Shown: positions 18,601 to 27,062 of the stretch, piece by piece | How the letters are laid out: every line of letters starts with the position of its first letter | Position numbering within the stretch: position 1 is the stretch's first letter | DNA from: Desulfocapsa sulfexigens DSM 10523 | GTDB lineage: Bacteria; Desulfobacterota; Desulfobulbia; Desulfobulbales; Desulfocapsaceae | DNA: 32,000 nt | Reading direction: 5' to 3' | NCBI RefSeq assembly: GCF_000341395.1 | Contig: NC_020304.1 | Coordinates: forward strand, 3,510,001 to 3,542,000 | Notes under the pieces: generated by a model | Databases searched by the model: none | The model's input: only the letters and a program-made list of their open reading frames with translations | Told to the model about the DNA's origin: nothing | Program-made: the position numbers and the translations under genes

Positions 18601-19488
18601 AAGAGAAATATACCACTCTTCACCCAATCCAACGAAATCGCCGGCTATCTCTACCCGGCTCTCCACGTTGAAAGAAATCGCGGTGGAGTGACAATAAGCT
18701 TCGAATCCAATCGTAAAACAGCAGCAACGCTCAACCTCAGCGGAAGCCTCTTCCTCTACCAGCTCAAGTTCAAAGATGAGTTCAAAAGTCTCAAAAAGTA
18801 CTGTCACACAGCCCTGTCTGCACCATCATCACAGTGGCTTATTGCACTGTTTGGCAATAAAACAAAGGCAAATGATGCACTGCTTGAGTTTGTCATGCGC
18901 TCACTCTTTACTCAAAAGCTAGATACAATACCCGACAAATCAACCTATGAAGCCGAAGTAGAAAAGGTTCAACAGTTGGGACTTTACCGAAGGGGACAGG
19001 AAATCTGTGATGAAATGTTTCAGATTTTACGCAAGCGCAAAGAAGTTTCCAGCCATATAAATCACTACGCAGGACTCTCCAGAAAAAGCCATTCTTACAA
19101 TGAAGCACAGTTTAAAGAGTACGAAACTCTGCTGGAAGACATTCTCCCAGCTGATTTTTTAACCACCCAATCGGCGGAAGACCTTGCCGGCTGCGATCGT
19201 TTTTTTCAGGCCCTGAAGATTCGTATAGAGCGTGCCTACGCTAACCCGGCAAAGGATATGACAAAATCCAGACAACTGGAGTCATATGTGAACAGGCAAA
19301 AGCAGATCCCCAGAGACATCACCGGACTCCCCTTTGAATGCAGGAAGGCCCTTTCTCTTTATTCAGCTATGGTAGCGGAGTTCCGGGTAACCATCTTTGC
19401 GCCGGAACTTAAAGGGGGAATGCAGGTTTCGGAAAAGAAACTCAAACTTCAATGGCAGACAGTGCAATCCATCTGCCCGGGTATTTAG
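15646..19488 (+). CDS. hrpA: ATP-dependent RNA helicase HrpA (DEAH/RHA family); the true start may be the in-frame ATG at 15724
   Basis: 1280 aa. VIIVSGETGSGKTTQLPKFCLE (Walker A), GCTQPRRVAA, DEAH motif in IIIDEAHERSLNIDFLLGYL, TSATIDT, FLPTEKDIREC, VATNVAETSITVPGIRYVIDSG and RISRASADQRKGRCGR, plus the long C-terminal HrpA domain. Confidence 0.95.
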   Translation: MTDEFFPCTNQQPALYHIFRLTTSPTMQLNYPAEIPIVSYRESFLELLKEHQVIIVSGETGSGKTTQLPKFCLEHFPDTSFHIGCTQPRRVAATSVSSRVATELGSHKQLVGYKIRFHDKTTSETRIKFMTDGVLLAETRKDPLLKKYGVIIIDEAHERSLNIDFLLGYLKNILPNRPDLKVIITSATIDTAIFSRHFDNAPIMAVEGRSYPVEVRYRKDPDNDEGEDTSYVEECVETIVELHRREIPEDTLIFLPTEKDIRECCELLSGKLSNTLVLPMFGRLAAADQKKIFKPSPLTKVIVATNVAETSITVPGIRYVIDSGLARISQYNVRARTTSLPITRISRASADQRKGRCGRVGPGICIRLYSEADYLDRDQYMLPEIKRSNLADVILQMISMNLGSPLDFPFIEPPHPGAIRDGYNLLKELGALRPDNRLNRIGRLMARLPIDPPISRILIAARENNCVREIKIIAPALAIQDPRVRPADKEALADAAHKKFAHEHSDFLSLLNIWELFHSVKEKGHSWGRLKKFCKSHFLSFQRMREWIDLHEQLSNILEREKGFIDNQTPASYPAIHKSLCTGFLRNIGIKNEKEKKLYHGAGGKEFMVFPGSHQFHSSGKWLIGATFLETNRLYALTVANVEVEWLIDASTHLSRRSWSNPRWQKKSGQVVADEKISLFGLILSADRTVNFGRTGKKNQKEARQIFIQHALLENDIQGNYSFLQNNIDILKKWQDTEERLRKRDLVVDDTSLRNFYDARLPADVYDRFTLNRFLSRNKDQSFLNMKEEDILARRPEDRELQDFPKELRMGSHTLQLSYNLTPGKEDDGVTVRIPVDGVENFSESVFEWLVPGLLREKVNFLLKGLPKRLRKHLIPIPNTVDLLLDDCNHYQGSLYHALERGIFKMFRLRVGRSDWPEILPSHLTMRYLLYDTSGRTVATGRILHKLAHSVSSASPCKITPDKKTQNSLDRWQDTLFQKWDFDGLKRNIPLFTQSNEIAGYLYPALHVERNRGGVTISFESNRKTAATLNLSGSLFLYQLKFKDEFKSLKKYCHTALSAPSSQWLIALFGNKTKANDALLEFVMRSLFTQKLDTIPDKSTYEAEVEKVQQLGLYRRGQEICDEMFQILRKRKEVSSHINHYAGLSRKSHSYNEAQFKEYETLLEDILPADFLTTQSAEDLAGCDRFFQALKIRIERAYANPAKDMTKSRQLESYVNRQKQIPRDITGLPFECRKALSLYSAMVAEFRVTIFAPELKGGMQVSEKKLKLQWQTVQSICPGI

Positions 19489-19541
19489 GTATTCAGCTAA
19501 CATTCGGAAGAGTTACTACCTGTTTCACTTCAACACATCAA

Positions 19542-21866
19542 TCAATGTTTAAAAACCATTTCTCGGAAGAAAACAGTCAATCGCTCCCTCCTGCTTTTCA
19601 TACGCACCTGTTCTGGAATAAGATCGGAGGGATCAATTTTCATTACCGCCATCTTGTATTCGATATGTGAAGCAAAACGGTTATCAAGGTACCAGGCATA
19701 GGTAAGGCCCATCAAAAGACCGGGAGGAGTGAACCCCTCCCTGCCGTTTACAAGGCGGGTGAAATGGGTGGCATCGGAGGAATCAGGGACCATCCTCGCC
19801 AGAATCAAATACCGAGCAAGCGCCTCATCACTAAAATAGCACACTCTCTCGCTAAAAGGCTTTAAGTAAAGATGATAGGCTTTGCCAAGAGAACTCTTAC
19901 CTGAAACAAGGGGACGAATTTCTTTACGGGCAGCATAATTCCCAAGAAGTCCCTGGCCAAGGGCGACAAGAAATGCGATCTCAAAGTCGACATTGGAGGA
20001 AAATTGATCCTGGCGAATTTTCACCATGCAATCCTCGGGGTCATAAAAGGAAAAAACTTTATCCCAGTTTTGATTTCTTTTCCATTTTTTATCGGCAATG
20101 CACTGTATTCCCTTGACGAACAGCAGATGTTCCATGGGGATATCTTTATGAGTCCAGAGGATTTCCCGCAGAGTCTGCTTTATTGCATCCACCTTCTTGT
20201 GTGAGTTTCTGGACAGTTCAATCCGAAGCCCCGACAGATATTCATTTATTTTTGTATAGCGGAGACACGGAACCTGCATGGAGGTCAGGTATTTTCGTTT
20301 GGGATCGACGACTTGAGACTTTCTGGAACCTGAAACGAGCGGAACTGGCAGGGTAGATGCAATTGCCCAAAGAGTACGGACAACCAGTGCAAACTGTTTC
20401 GGATCATGCCTGATTACTCCGTCATCCCGAAGCGCTGTCCTGGAATAAATCCCGCATTCCAGAGGAATAATTCCCTGTTCTCTCACTTCATCACGATCGA
20501 GATAAATAGGAATTTTCCCCTCAACCGCATAGTTCTGAATGACCGTAGCAGGCACGTCTTTCAAAGAGAGACACAACACCTTATCAAAGAGCCCTCCAGT
20601 TCCTCCAGGAATATTGCGCTCGTAGGCCTTCAACAGATCGGAAAGAAGAAACTTTCGTTCAGGGTTGTAAATACTGATGTCCGTTTCTCCTGCCTGAACC
20701 CAAAGATTAGATACAAGAATTTTCAAGGCCTTCCTGTTATTTTTCACGGCCTCTGCAATCTTTGGTACCTGAAAAATCGGCACCAGGGAACTGTACAAAC
20801 TTCCAGGGGCCATGATCATAATATCTGCATTATGAATAAGCCCAAGGACATCGTCACTCACTTCAGGTTCCGCACAGAAATTGATCAGAACCGTATCAAC
20901 AGGGTATCCCCTTCTGGCCTCACTTGATTTGTGTTCTCCTGTCACCTGAACACCGTTTGTGTATCGTAGACTGAGCTCAGCAGGCACGTATGTACACGGC
21001 ATAACAGCATGTTCGTCGGCCCCGAGAATTGTACAAAGGGAAGCAATTCCCCTATGAATATTCTGACGGATCAGATCGGGTTCGCTAATAAGCGCTGCAT
21101 TAGTAAAATGAGCGGGTATCTGTTCATAAATGGAGGAGACGAGAATAAGGTTGCCAAGGCAATGGGGCCGATTCAAAGTAACCTGAAGGCGGGGATCAAC
21201 AAAAAGCTTGTGAATAATCCGTTCAAGCGAGCCGAATATGGCTGCCGGAAGAACAGTGTCAGCGTCACCGATCAATCCGCAATCGTGAAGCAACTTGGTG
21301 TTGCTCGTTGGCTTTTCACTGAATCGGTGGTTAAATACACGAGCAAGAATTTTAACACACTGAGCCGCTTCAATCTCTGTAAGCGAGTAATATTCCTGTA
21401 GTCTGGCAAGTTGGATGGAGGAGAGCAGCACATGGCGAATATCACCAAGAGCAATGAGCGGCAGATCTTTCAGCAGTTCACCCGTCGAACCGCCGTCATC
21501 GGTTATACAAACTATGGATCTGGTTTTTGGAAAAAGCGCTTTCAGCCCCTGAAAAGGATCATTTACCCAGGATTCGGCTCGACTGTCCCCACCAATAATG
21601 GTCGAGAGCCCGGTTCCTCCACCAAAGACCACAACATTGAGGTGGGAAACAGGCTCCTGGTTGAGACTGTTTTTAACTCGTTGAAGATCGGTTGCGGTCT
21701 CTGGTGGAAGCCCGTCTGGAACTCCAGCCAGGACGAGTTCCACCAGTTTTTCACGAATGTCAGTATGGGGGAGCAGGTCTAAAGGTGAAAGAGCTTTCCG
21801 GTCTATCTGTTTGAGGCATTCGGCCACGCCGGATTCTACTAACTCTGTTGTCTCTTTCACTTCCAC
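19542..21866 (-). CDS. YvcK/CofD-like family protein (gluconeogenesis factor / 2-phospho-L-lactate transferase fold) with N-terminal (~75 aa) and C-terminal (~260 aa) extensions
   Basis: 774 aa with core motifs LNVVVFGGGTGLSTIIGG, TRSIVCITDDGGSTGELLKDLPLIALGDIRHVLLS, VFNHRF, RPHCLGNLILVSS, HNADIMIMAPGSLYSSLVPIFQVPKIAEAVKN and KILVSNLWVQAGET. Confidence 0.88.
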   Translation of the reverse strand: MEVKETTELVESGVAECLKQIDRKALSPLDLLPHTDIREKLVELVLAGVPDGLPPETATDLQRVKNSLNQEPVSHLNVVVFGGGTGLSTIIGGDSRAESWVNDPFQGLKALFPKTRSIVCITDDGGSTGELLKDLPLIALGDIRHVLLSSIQLARLQEYYSLTEIEAAQCVKILARVFNHRFSEKPTSNTKLLHDCGLIGDADTVLPAAIFGSLERIIHKLFVDPRLQVTLNRPHCLGNLILVSSIYEQIPAHFTNAALISEPDLIRQNIHRGIASLCTILGADEHAVMPCTYVPAELSLRYTNGVQVTGEHKSSEARRGYPVDTVLINFCAEPEVSDDVLGLIHNADIMIMAPGSLYSSLVPIFQVPKIAEAVKNNRKALKILVSNLWVQAGETDISIYNPERKFLLSDLLKAYERNIPGGTGGLFDKVLCLSLKDVPATVIQNYAVEGKIPIYLDRDEVREQGIIPLECGIYSRTALRDDGVIRHDPKQFALVVRTLWAIASTLPVPLVSGSRKSQVVDPKRKYLTSMQVPCLRYTKINEYLSGLRIELSRNSHKKVDAIKQTLREILWTHKDIPMEHLLFVKGIQCIADKKWKRNQNWDKVFSFYDPEDCMVKIRQDQFSSNVDFEIAFLVALGQGLLGNYAARKEIRPLVSGKSSLGKAYHLYLKPFSERVCYFSDEALARYLILARMVPDSSDATHFTRLVNGREGFTPPGLLMGLTYAWYLDNRFASHIEYKMAVMKIDPSDLIPEQVRMKSRRERLTVFFREMVFKH

Positions 21867-21878
21867 TTTCGATTCCCT

Positions 21879-22805
21879 CTACAGTCCCGTCGCTTCCATC
21901 TGTTTTTCAACCGCTTTCACGGAAAGCTGCAAAGCTTCTTTTTCTTCAGCAGTGAGTTCAAACTCAAGAATCTTCTCGACCCCATTCTCGCCAATAACAA
22001 CGGGAACACCGAGGAAATAACCGGAAATTCCAAATTCACCTTCCAGATACGCGGCGCATGGAAGGACACGTTTTGAATCGGTGAGTACTGCCTCGGCCAT
22101 TTCAACTGCAGCAAGACCGGGAGTATAAAACGCTGAGCCTGTTTTCAGGTGATTAACAATCTCGAGCCCACCAGTCTGAGTACGATGAACAATGGCATCA
22201 ATCTCTTCAGCTGAGAGGAGATCGGTAATAGGTACTCCAGCCACATTAGCAAGACGCACCATAGGCATCATGTTATCTCCATGAATACCGAGTACAAGAG
22301 CATTGACATCCTTTGGAGCCACACCGATAGCCTGGGCGAGGAAGGTACGATAACGGGCTGAATCCAGTACACCTGCCATACCGATCACTTTTTCCTTAGG
22401 GTGTCCGGTCACTTTAAAGGCAGTGTGAACCATTGCATCGATGGGGTTTGTCACCACGATGAGCACACAATCAGGAGAATACTTAACCGCTTCCTCGGCA
22501 CAGGATTTTACAATAGCAACATTAATAGCGAGCAGATCGTCTCTCGACATCCCGGGCTTACGGGCAAGACCAGCTGAGATAATCACGACATCAGAATTTG
22601 CGGTATCAGCATAATCATTACTTCCTTTGACACCAAAATGAAACCCCTCAACGGGACCGGATTGTGAGAGATCCAGGGCCTTTCCCTGAGGAATTCCTTC
22701 TGCCACATCAAGGAGTATAATATCTCCAAGGTTTTTTGCAGCAGCCCAGTGGGCAGCGGTGGCTCCTACATTTCCAGCACCAATAATTGTTATTTTCTTT
22801 CTCAT
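21879..22805 (-). CDS. mdh: Malate dehydrogenase (LDH/MDH superfamily)
   Basis: 308 aa. KITIIGAGNVGATAAHWAA, LLDVAEGIPQGKALDLSQ, VVIISAGLARKPGMSRDDLL, VVTNPIDAM, GMAGVLDSARYRTF and VLGIHGDNMMP. Confidence 0.95.
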   Translation of the reverse strand: MRKKITIIGAGNVGATAAHWAAAKNLGDIILLDVAEGIPQGKALDLSQSGPVEGFHFGVKGSNDYADTANSDVVIISAGLARKPGMSRDDLLAINVAIVKSCAEEAVKYSPDCVLIVVTNPIDAMVHTAFKVTGHPKEKVIGMAGVLDSARYRTFLAQAIGVAPKDVNALVLGIHGDNMMPMVRLANVAGVPITDLLSAEEIDAIVHRTQTGGLEIVNHLKTGSAFYTPGLAAVEMAEAVLTDSKRVLPCAAYLEGEFGISGYFLGVPVVIGENGVEKILEFELTAEEKEALQLSVKAVEKQMEATGL

Positions 22806-22856
22806 AAACGTTCCTTTCTGTTTAATTTATTCTTATATTAAAAACCATCCACACAC

Positions 22857-23624
22857 TCAGCCATTTACAATATATTCCTCAACCCTCTTCAAGTCCTCCG
22901 GCGTATCAACTTCAATGGAATCATGTTCCGTTAGAATAACTTTTATCCGGTATCCATATTCCAGCGCCCGTAGTTGCTCAAGTTTTTCAAAACGTTCCCA
23001 TTCTCCTTCCGGCAGGGCAACAAAGGTAAGGAGAAACCCCTTACGATAGGCGTAAAAACCAAGGTGTTTATAGTAGGTAGGAACAATCCCCTCCTCGGGG
23101 TTTCGCTGAAACGGTACAGGAGAACGTGAAAAGTACAGGGCATAGTTCTCATGGTCAAAAACAGTCTTTACATGATTCGGATCATTAATTTCTTCCGGTC
23201 TGATTATTTTATATATCAGGGTGGACATGGGCAGAGACGGGTCAGAGAGTAGCGGACCGGCCACCTGTTCAATCACTGCCGCATCAAAAAGGGGTTGATC
23301 TCCCTGAATATTTACAACCACATCATGCTCGGAAATGTCAAGCAACTCAGCGGCTTCTGCAAGCCTGTCTGAACCGGAGACATGATTCTTTCGGGTAATA
23401 ACATATTCACCGCCAAAGCCAGCAACACAATCGGCGATACGCTGGTCATCCGTCGCCACAACCACCCTGCTGAGGAGTTGGACGGATTTTGCACGCTCAA
23501 CCACGTGTTGAATCATAGGCTTGCCGTTGATAAGTGCCAGCGGTTTTCCTTCAAATCTGTTTGAATGGTATCTAGCCGGAATAATAGCCACGACTTTAAC
23601 CCTGTGCTGTTTTTCTGTTTCCAT
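22857..23624 (-). CDS. kdsB: 3-deoxy-manno-octulosonate cytidylyltransferase (CMP-KDO synthetase)
   Basis: 255 aa. VVAIIPARYHSNRFEGKPLALINGKPMIQHVVERA, SGSDRLAEAAE, VVNIQGDQPLFD, YFSRSPVPF, YKHLGFYAYRKGFL and EKLEQLRALEYGYRIKV. Confidence 0.95.
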   Translation of the reverse strand: METEKQHRVKVVAIIPARYHSNRFEGKPLALINGKPMIQHVVERAKSVQLLSRVVVATDDQRIADCVAGFGGEYVITRKNHVSGSDRLAEAAELLDISEHDVVVNIQGDQPLFDAAVIEQVAGPLLSDPSLPMSTLIYKIIRPEEINDPNHVKTVFDHENYALYFSRSPVPFQRNPEEGIVPTYYKHLGFYAYRKGFLLTFVALPEGEWERFEKLEQLRALEYGYRIKVILTEHDSIEVDTPEDLKRVEEYIVNG

Positions 23625-23720
23625 CTTATTCAGTATTAGGTAATGAGAGTAATAGTATAGTAGAGATACGATCTTGTTTTGATCATTTGAATGTCAACCA
23701 GAACCGCCTTTCCGTGAATA

Positions 23721-24536
23721 ATGGTCAAACCTTACATTCCCAACACCCTGCCTCCTCTATCCATAGGAGTATCAAGCGCAACGGAAAACCCGACACTTTT
23801 GGAAAAAGCTTCAGATCTTGCTGAGTTGTTGAAAATAGAGATAATTCCTCCTGCGGATCTGGGGAAATATGACCTGCTCCTACTATATACGGAAAAAGGG
23901 TTACAAATTCAACTGAAACAAGACAACAAAACAAAGAAGCCCGCTACTCTGTGTATCGACTTCCTCTCTGATGCACTCACCTATCGCAGAGAACATGGTG
24001 GCGGGATTAAACAATCTTTGGCCCGGGCTGTAGGAATTAAACCTGGAATCAGACCGACGGTTATCGATGCCACGGCAGGACTGGGCAGAGACAGTTTTTT
24101 ACTGGCTTCTTTTGGGTGCAGGGTAACCATGATAGAACGTTCTCCTTTGCTTGCTGCTCTCCTGCATGATGGTCTGGAACGTGCAATAGACTCACCTTCC
24201 CTCCAAGCCGACGTCACAAACAGGCTAAGCCTTCTCCAGGGTGATGCTGCGACTATTATAGCAGAACACCAACCAAGTCTAAAGGCTGACACTATTTACC
24301 TGGACCCAATGTATCCTCATGGCCGAAAGTCAGCACTGAACAGGCTGGAAATGCGCCTTATCAGAATAATTGTCGGTGATGACAGTGACGCGGCAGTACT
24401 TCTTCGAACTGCACTGCATTACGCACAAAACCGCGTCGTTGTAAAGCGCCCCAAAGGTGCCCCCTTATTAGATAAACGGATACCGAGTCATGTTATCAAA
24501 ATGAAAAACAGTCGTTACGATGTCTATATGACATGA
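23721..24536 (+). CDS. rsmJ: 16S rRNA (guanine1516-N2)-methyltransferase RsmJ-like
   Basis: 271 aa. GGGIKQSLARAVGIKPGIRPTVIDATAGLGRDSFLLASFGCRVTMIERSPLLAALLHDGLERA and DTIYLDPMYPHGRKSALNRLEMRL...VVKRPKGAPLLDKRIPSH. Confidence 0.9.
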   Translation: MVKPYIPNTLPPLSIGVSSATENPTLLEKASDLAELLKIEIIPPADLGKYDLLLLYTEKGLQIQLKQDNKTKKPATLCIDFLSDALTYRREHGGGIKQSLARAVGIKPGIRPTVIDATAGLGRDSFLLASFGCRVTMIERSPLLAALLHDGLERAIDSPSLQADVTNRLSLLQGDAATIIAEHQPSLKADTIYLDPMYPHGRKSALNRLEMRLIRIIVGDDSDAAVLLRTALHYAQNRVVVKRPKGAPLLDKRIPSHVIKMKNSRYDVYMT

Positions 24537-24582
24537 GTTATGCTATTATTGAAATAGACACTAACCCAGATAACTGAAAATC

Positions 24583-25281
24583 ATGCCAATGACTCCTAAA
24601 AAATTATCCAGGCGAGCAGTATGTTTTTACCATCGATACGGCGAAGAACTCGAGGCAATCCGTCAGCTTCTGCATATTCAACTTGAAAAACTGGCACTTG
24701 CCTGCACTCTTGAAAATCGTTTACCTCGAAAAGCGATTAAAGTTGTGAGCAGAACAAAGGAACTCAAAAACTTCCTCTTCAAACTGGAGAAGATGGGATG
24801 GCCTGAATTTTATCTTCCAAGTGAAATTATTCACGATCTGGTGGGGGCGCGCATTGTCTGCTGGTTTCAGGAAGACTGTTACAGCATGCTCGACCTTCTC
24901 AGGGACTCAAAGCGTCTCAGGCTCCTTGCTGATTCCATTGAAGATTACAACAAATCCCCCAAAGCTTCGGGATATCGGGCCATCCATATTCACTGTGATG
25001 TCGCCTATGACCAGATTGTCCATCTAAACAATAAGCACCAGATCATTACAGGTCATATGACCTGTGAAATACAGATACGATCCATATTCCAGGACGCCTG
25101 GGGAGAACTGACCCATCAGATGCATTATAAAATGGCAGAAGCGGAAAGATTACAATACAACGAGCTTGTTGCATCTCTTGCCGATCGTCTTTCCTCTGAA
25201 GATAAAGCAGCGACGGCTATCAGGAACCTTCTCCAGAAGAAGAATGACAAAAAGCAACGAGGCGGCTTTAAAGACAAGTAA
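24583..25281 (+). CDS. RelA/SpoT-domain protein, small alarmone synthetase-like (synthetase domain only)
   Basis: 232 aa. KVVSRTKELKNFLFKLEKMG, IIHDLVGARIVCWFQEDC, IEDYNKSPKASGYRAIHI and CEIQIRSIFQDAWGELTHQMHYK. No HD hydrolase, TGS or ACT domain is visible. Confidence 0.88.
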   Translation: MPMTPKKLSRRAVCFYHRYGEELEAIRQLLHIQLEKLALACTLENRLPRKAIKVVSRTKELKNFLFKLEKMGWPEFYLPSEIIHDLVGARIVCWFQEDCYSMLDLLRDSKRLRLLADSIEDYNKSPKASGYRAIHIHCDVAYDQIVHLNNKHQIITGHMTCEIQIRSIFQDAWGELTHQMHYKMAEAERLQYNELVASLADRLSSEDKAATAIRNLLQKKNDKKQRGGFKDK

Positions 25282-25343
25282 AAGAGAGAGATGGGTTAGT
25301 CAGTGCAGATTTGGACAGCTAAGGGTTGAGAACTTCCTGGCAT

Positions 25344-25810
25344 CTACTTATGGTATTTCTCACCGGCCTTTATTGTGTAGGCACGATAGAGCTGCTCCAT
25401 TAAAAACAGCCGCACCATATCATGAGTAAAAGTCATCCGGGAAAAAGACAGCACAAAATCCGCCTGGGTCAAAACTTCGCTGGAATGGCCAGTGGGACCA
25501 CCAATTAAGAATGCAACCACTTTACGCCCTTCCTGTTCCCAAGCAGAGATACGGCCCGCAAGTTCCTCAGAACTTATCTGCTTGCCACCGGAATCCAGAA
25601 CCACTTTAACGGTTGCAGGAGGCAGGGAGGCAAGCAAAACCTGACCTTCTTCCTGCCGCTCCTGTTCTTCAGTCCATCCCTTTTTTTTTTCACCTTTAAA
25701 AGGGAAATATTACAAGCTGTATAATGTTTCAGACGACCACTGTATTCTTTGATCCCCTCTTCAATAAAGGAGTCCTTGGTTTTTCCGAGAAAGGGTAATT
25801 CGATCTTCAT
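25344..25810 (-). CDS. rlmH: 23S rRNA (pseudouridine1915-N3)-methyltransferase RlmH, split across two frames by a -1 frameshift at an A10 tract
   Basis: Frame A (from 25810) reads MKIELPFLGKTKDSFIEEGIKEYSGRLKHYTACNISLLKVKKK. Frame B (down to 25344) reads GWTEEQERQEEGQVLLASLPPATVKVVLDSGGKQISSEELAGRI...VVAFLIGGPTGHSSEVL...LSFSRMTFTHDMVRLFLMEQLYRAYTIKAGEKYHK*. Joined, they make one RlmH-length protein of about 155 aa. Confidence 0.88.
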
Positions 25811-25816
25811 GCTTTT

Positions 25817-26218
25817 TTAACAGTGAATTATTGTCTGCTCATCAATAAGTTCCTTGAATATTCGACAAAATTCTTCATAGGAGATTTCAGTATTGATCCC
25901 GGGACAGGATTCGCTGATGGTCTTATAGTTATTCTTATCTGCAATCATGGAAGGATGCATTGGCCATTGAGCACAGCGCCACGGGCGGCCCTTATGGACG
26001 GTACAGCCATTATCATAAAAAATGCAGTGGCCATCAATGATCTTCATTTGCACCACATTGCCGGTGACACGCCAGTACTTTTCCCTTACCTCGGCCTCTG
26101 AAAGACCAAGGGCCTCAACCATCCGTTTCTGATCCTTTTCATCGAGCGAAACAGTGGTTTCACCATGACAGCAATACCCGCATTGGGTGCATTCAAATAT
26201 TTCTTTTATATCAGCCAT
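25817..26218 (-). CDS. YkgJ-like cysteine cluster protein (putative Fe-S/Zn-binding)
   Basis: 133 aa. FECTQCGYCCHGETTVSL, GHCIFYDNGCTVHKGRPWRCAQWP and SESCPGIN, the Cys arrangement of the UPF0153/CxxCxxCC family. Confidence 0.88.
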   Translation of the reverse strand: MADIKEIFECTQCGYCCHGETTVSLDEKDQKRMVEALGLSEAEVREKYWRVTGNVVQMKIIDGHCIFYDNGCTVHKGRPWRCAQWPMHPSMIADKNNYKTISESCPGINTEISYEEFCRIFKELIDEQTIIHC

Positions 26219-26252
26219 AATTTTGTATATTTTGAAGAATTTTAAGGATTAA

Positions 26253-26843
26253 TCAAGCATAACCGATATGATCTTGAAAAATGGAAATATCAATGCCGTT
26301 AATAGCAGCGGCCTGGCGCCATTTTTCCTCATCGGGGACATCAAAAATAATGGAATCCAGAGCTGGAATTGTAATCCATCCCTGTGAGACGAGTTCCTGC
26401 TCCAATTGCCCAGGCCCCCAGCCTGCGTAACCAACGGCAAAAAGAAACTTCTCGGGTCCCCGTTCTCTGGAAATATCCTCGAGCACACTGGTATTTCGTG
26501 TTAAATACACAGTAGGACTTACCTCCAAATGATGTTCAGTTACATAATCGGACTGATAAAGAATAAAAGCGGAATTTTGTTCAACCGGCCCTCCCATATA
26601 CACAGGGGCACTGAAACCAGGAGGAACAGGAAGATTATTGGTAAGAAGAACCTCTTCCAGGTCAAGAATGGGGTTTGGTTTATTGACCGCAATCCCGACA
26701 GCCCCCTCATATCCGTGGGAACAGATATAAATCACCTGTTCAGAAAAACGAGGATCCGGCATCTGCGGAGTGGACAGGAGAAATGACCCTGTCAATGTGT
26801 CTATGATTGGTCTTCCTCTTTCGTCCATTCTGATTCCCGCCAC
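26253..26843 (-). CDS. YqgE/AlgH family protein
   Basis: 196 aa. LTGSFLLSTPQMPDPRFSEQVIYICSHGYEGAVGIAVNKP, VYMGGPVEQNSAFILYQSDY and FAVGYAGWGPGQLEQELVSQGWITIPA. Confidence 0.93.
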   Translation of the reverse strand: MAGIRMDERGRPIIDTLTGSFLLSTPQMPDPRFSEQVIYICSHGYEGAVGIAVNKPNPILDLEEVLLTNNLPVPPGFSAPVYMGGPVEQNSAFILYQSDYVTEHHLEVSPTVYLTRNTSVLEDISRERGPEKFLFAVGYAGWGPGQLEQELVSQGWITIPALDSIIFDVPDEEKWRQAAAINGIDISIFQDHIGYA

Positions 26844-27062
26844 TGGTAGTCTTTAGCTGCATAATCACGTATTACTGCTCTGAAATTCAGACAATAACAG
26901 ATCCGGTCAACGATGGTCAAGCAGTGTTCAATGGAGAACTTGCCAACGAATGGGTTGATAATTTATATCTACACCCATTTAGCCCTATGTTTTCCTTAAC
27001 GGATTTGCTACTCTTATATAAACAAACATCTTTCTGTGCTTTCTATAGCTTAGGGGTACCCC

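Noticed and set aside
20406-21401. 173-aa and 130-aa + strand ORFs
   Set aside because: Antisense to the conserved YvcK/CofD core, with no independent support.
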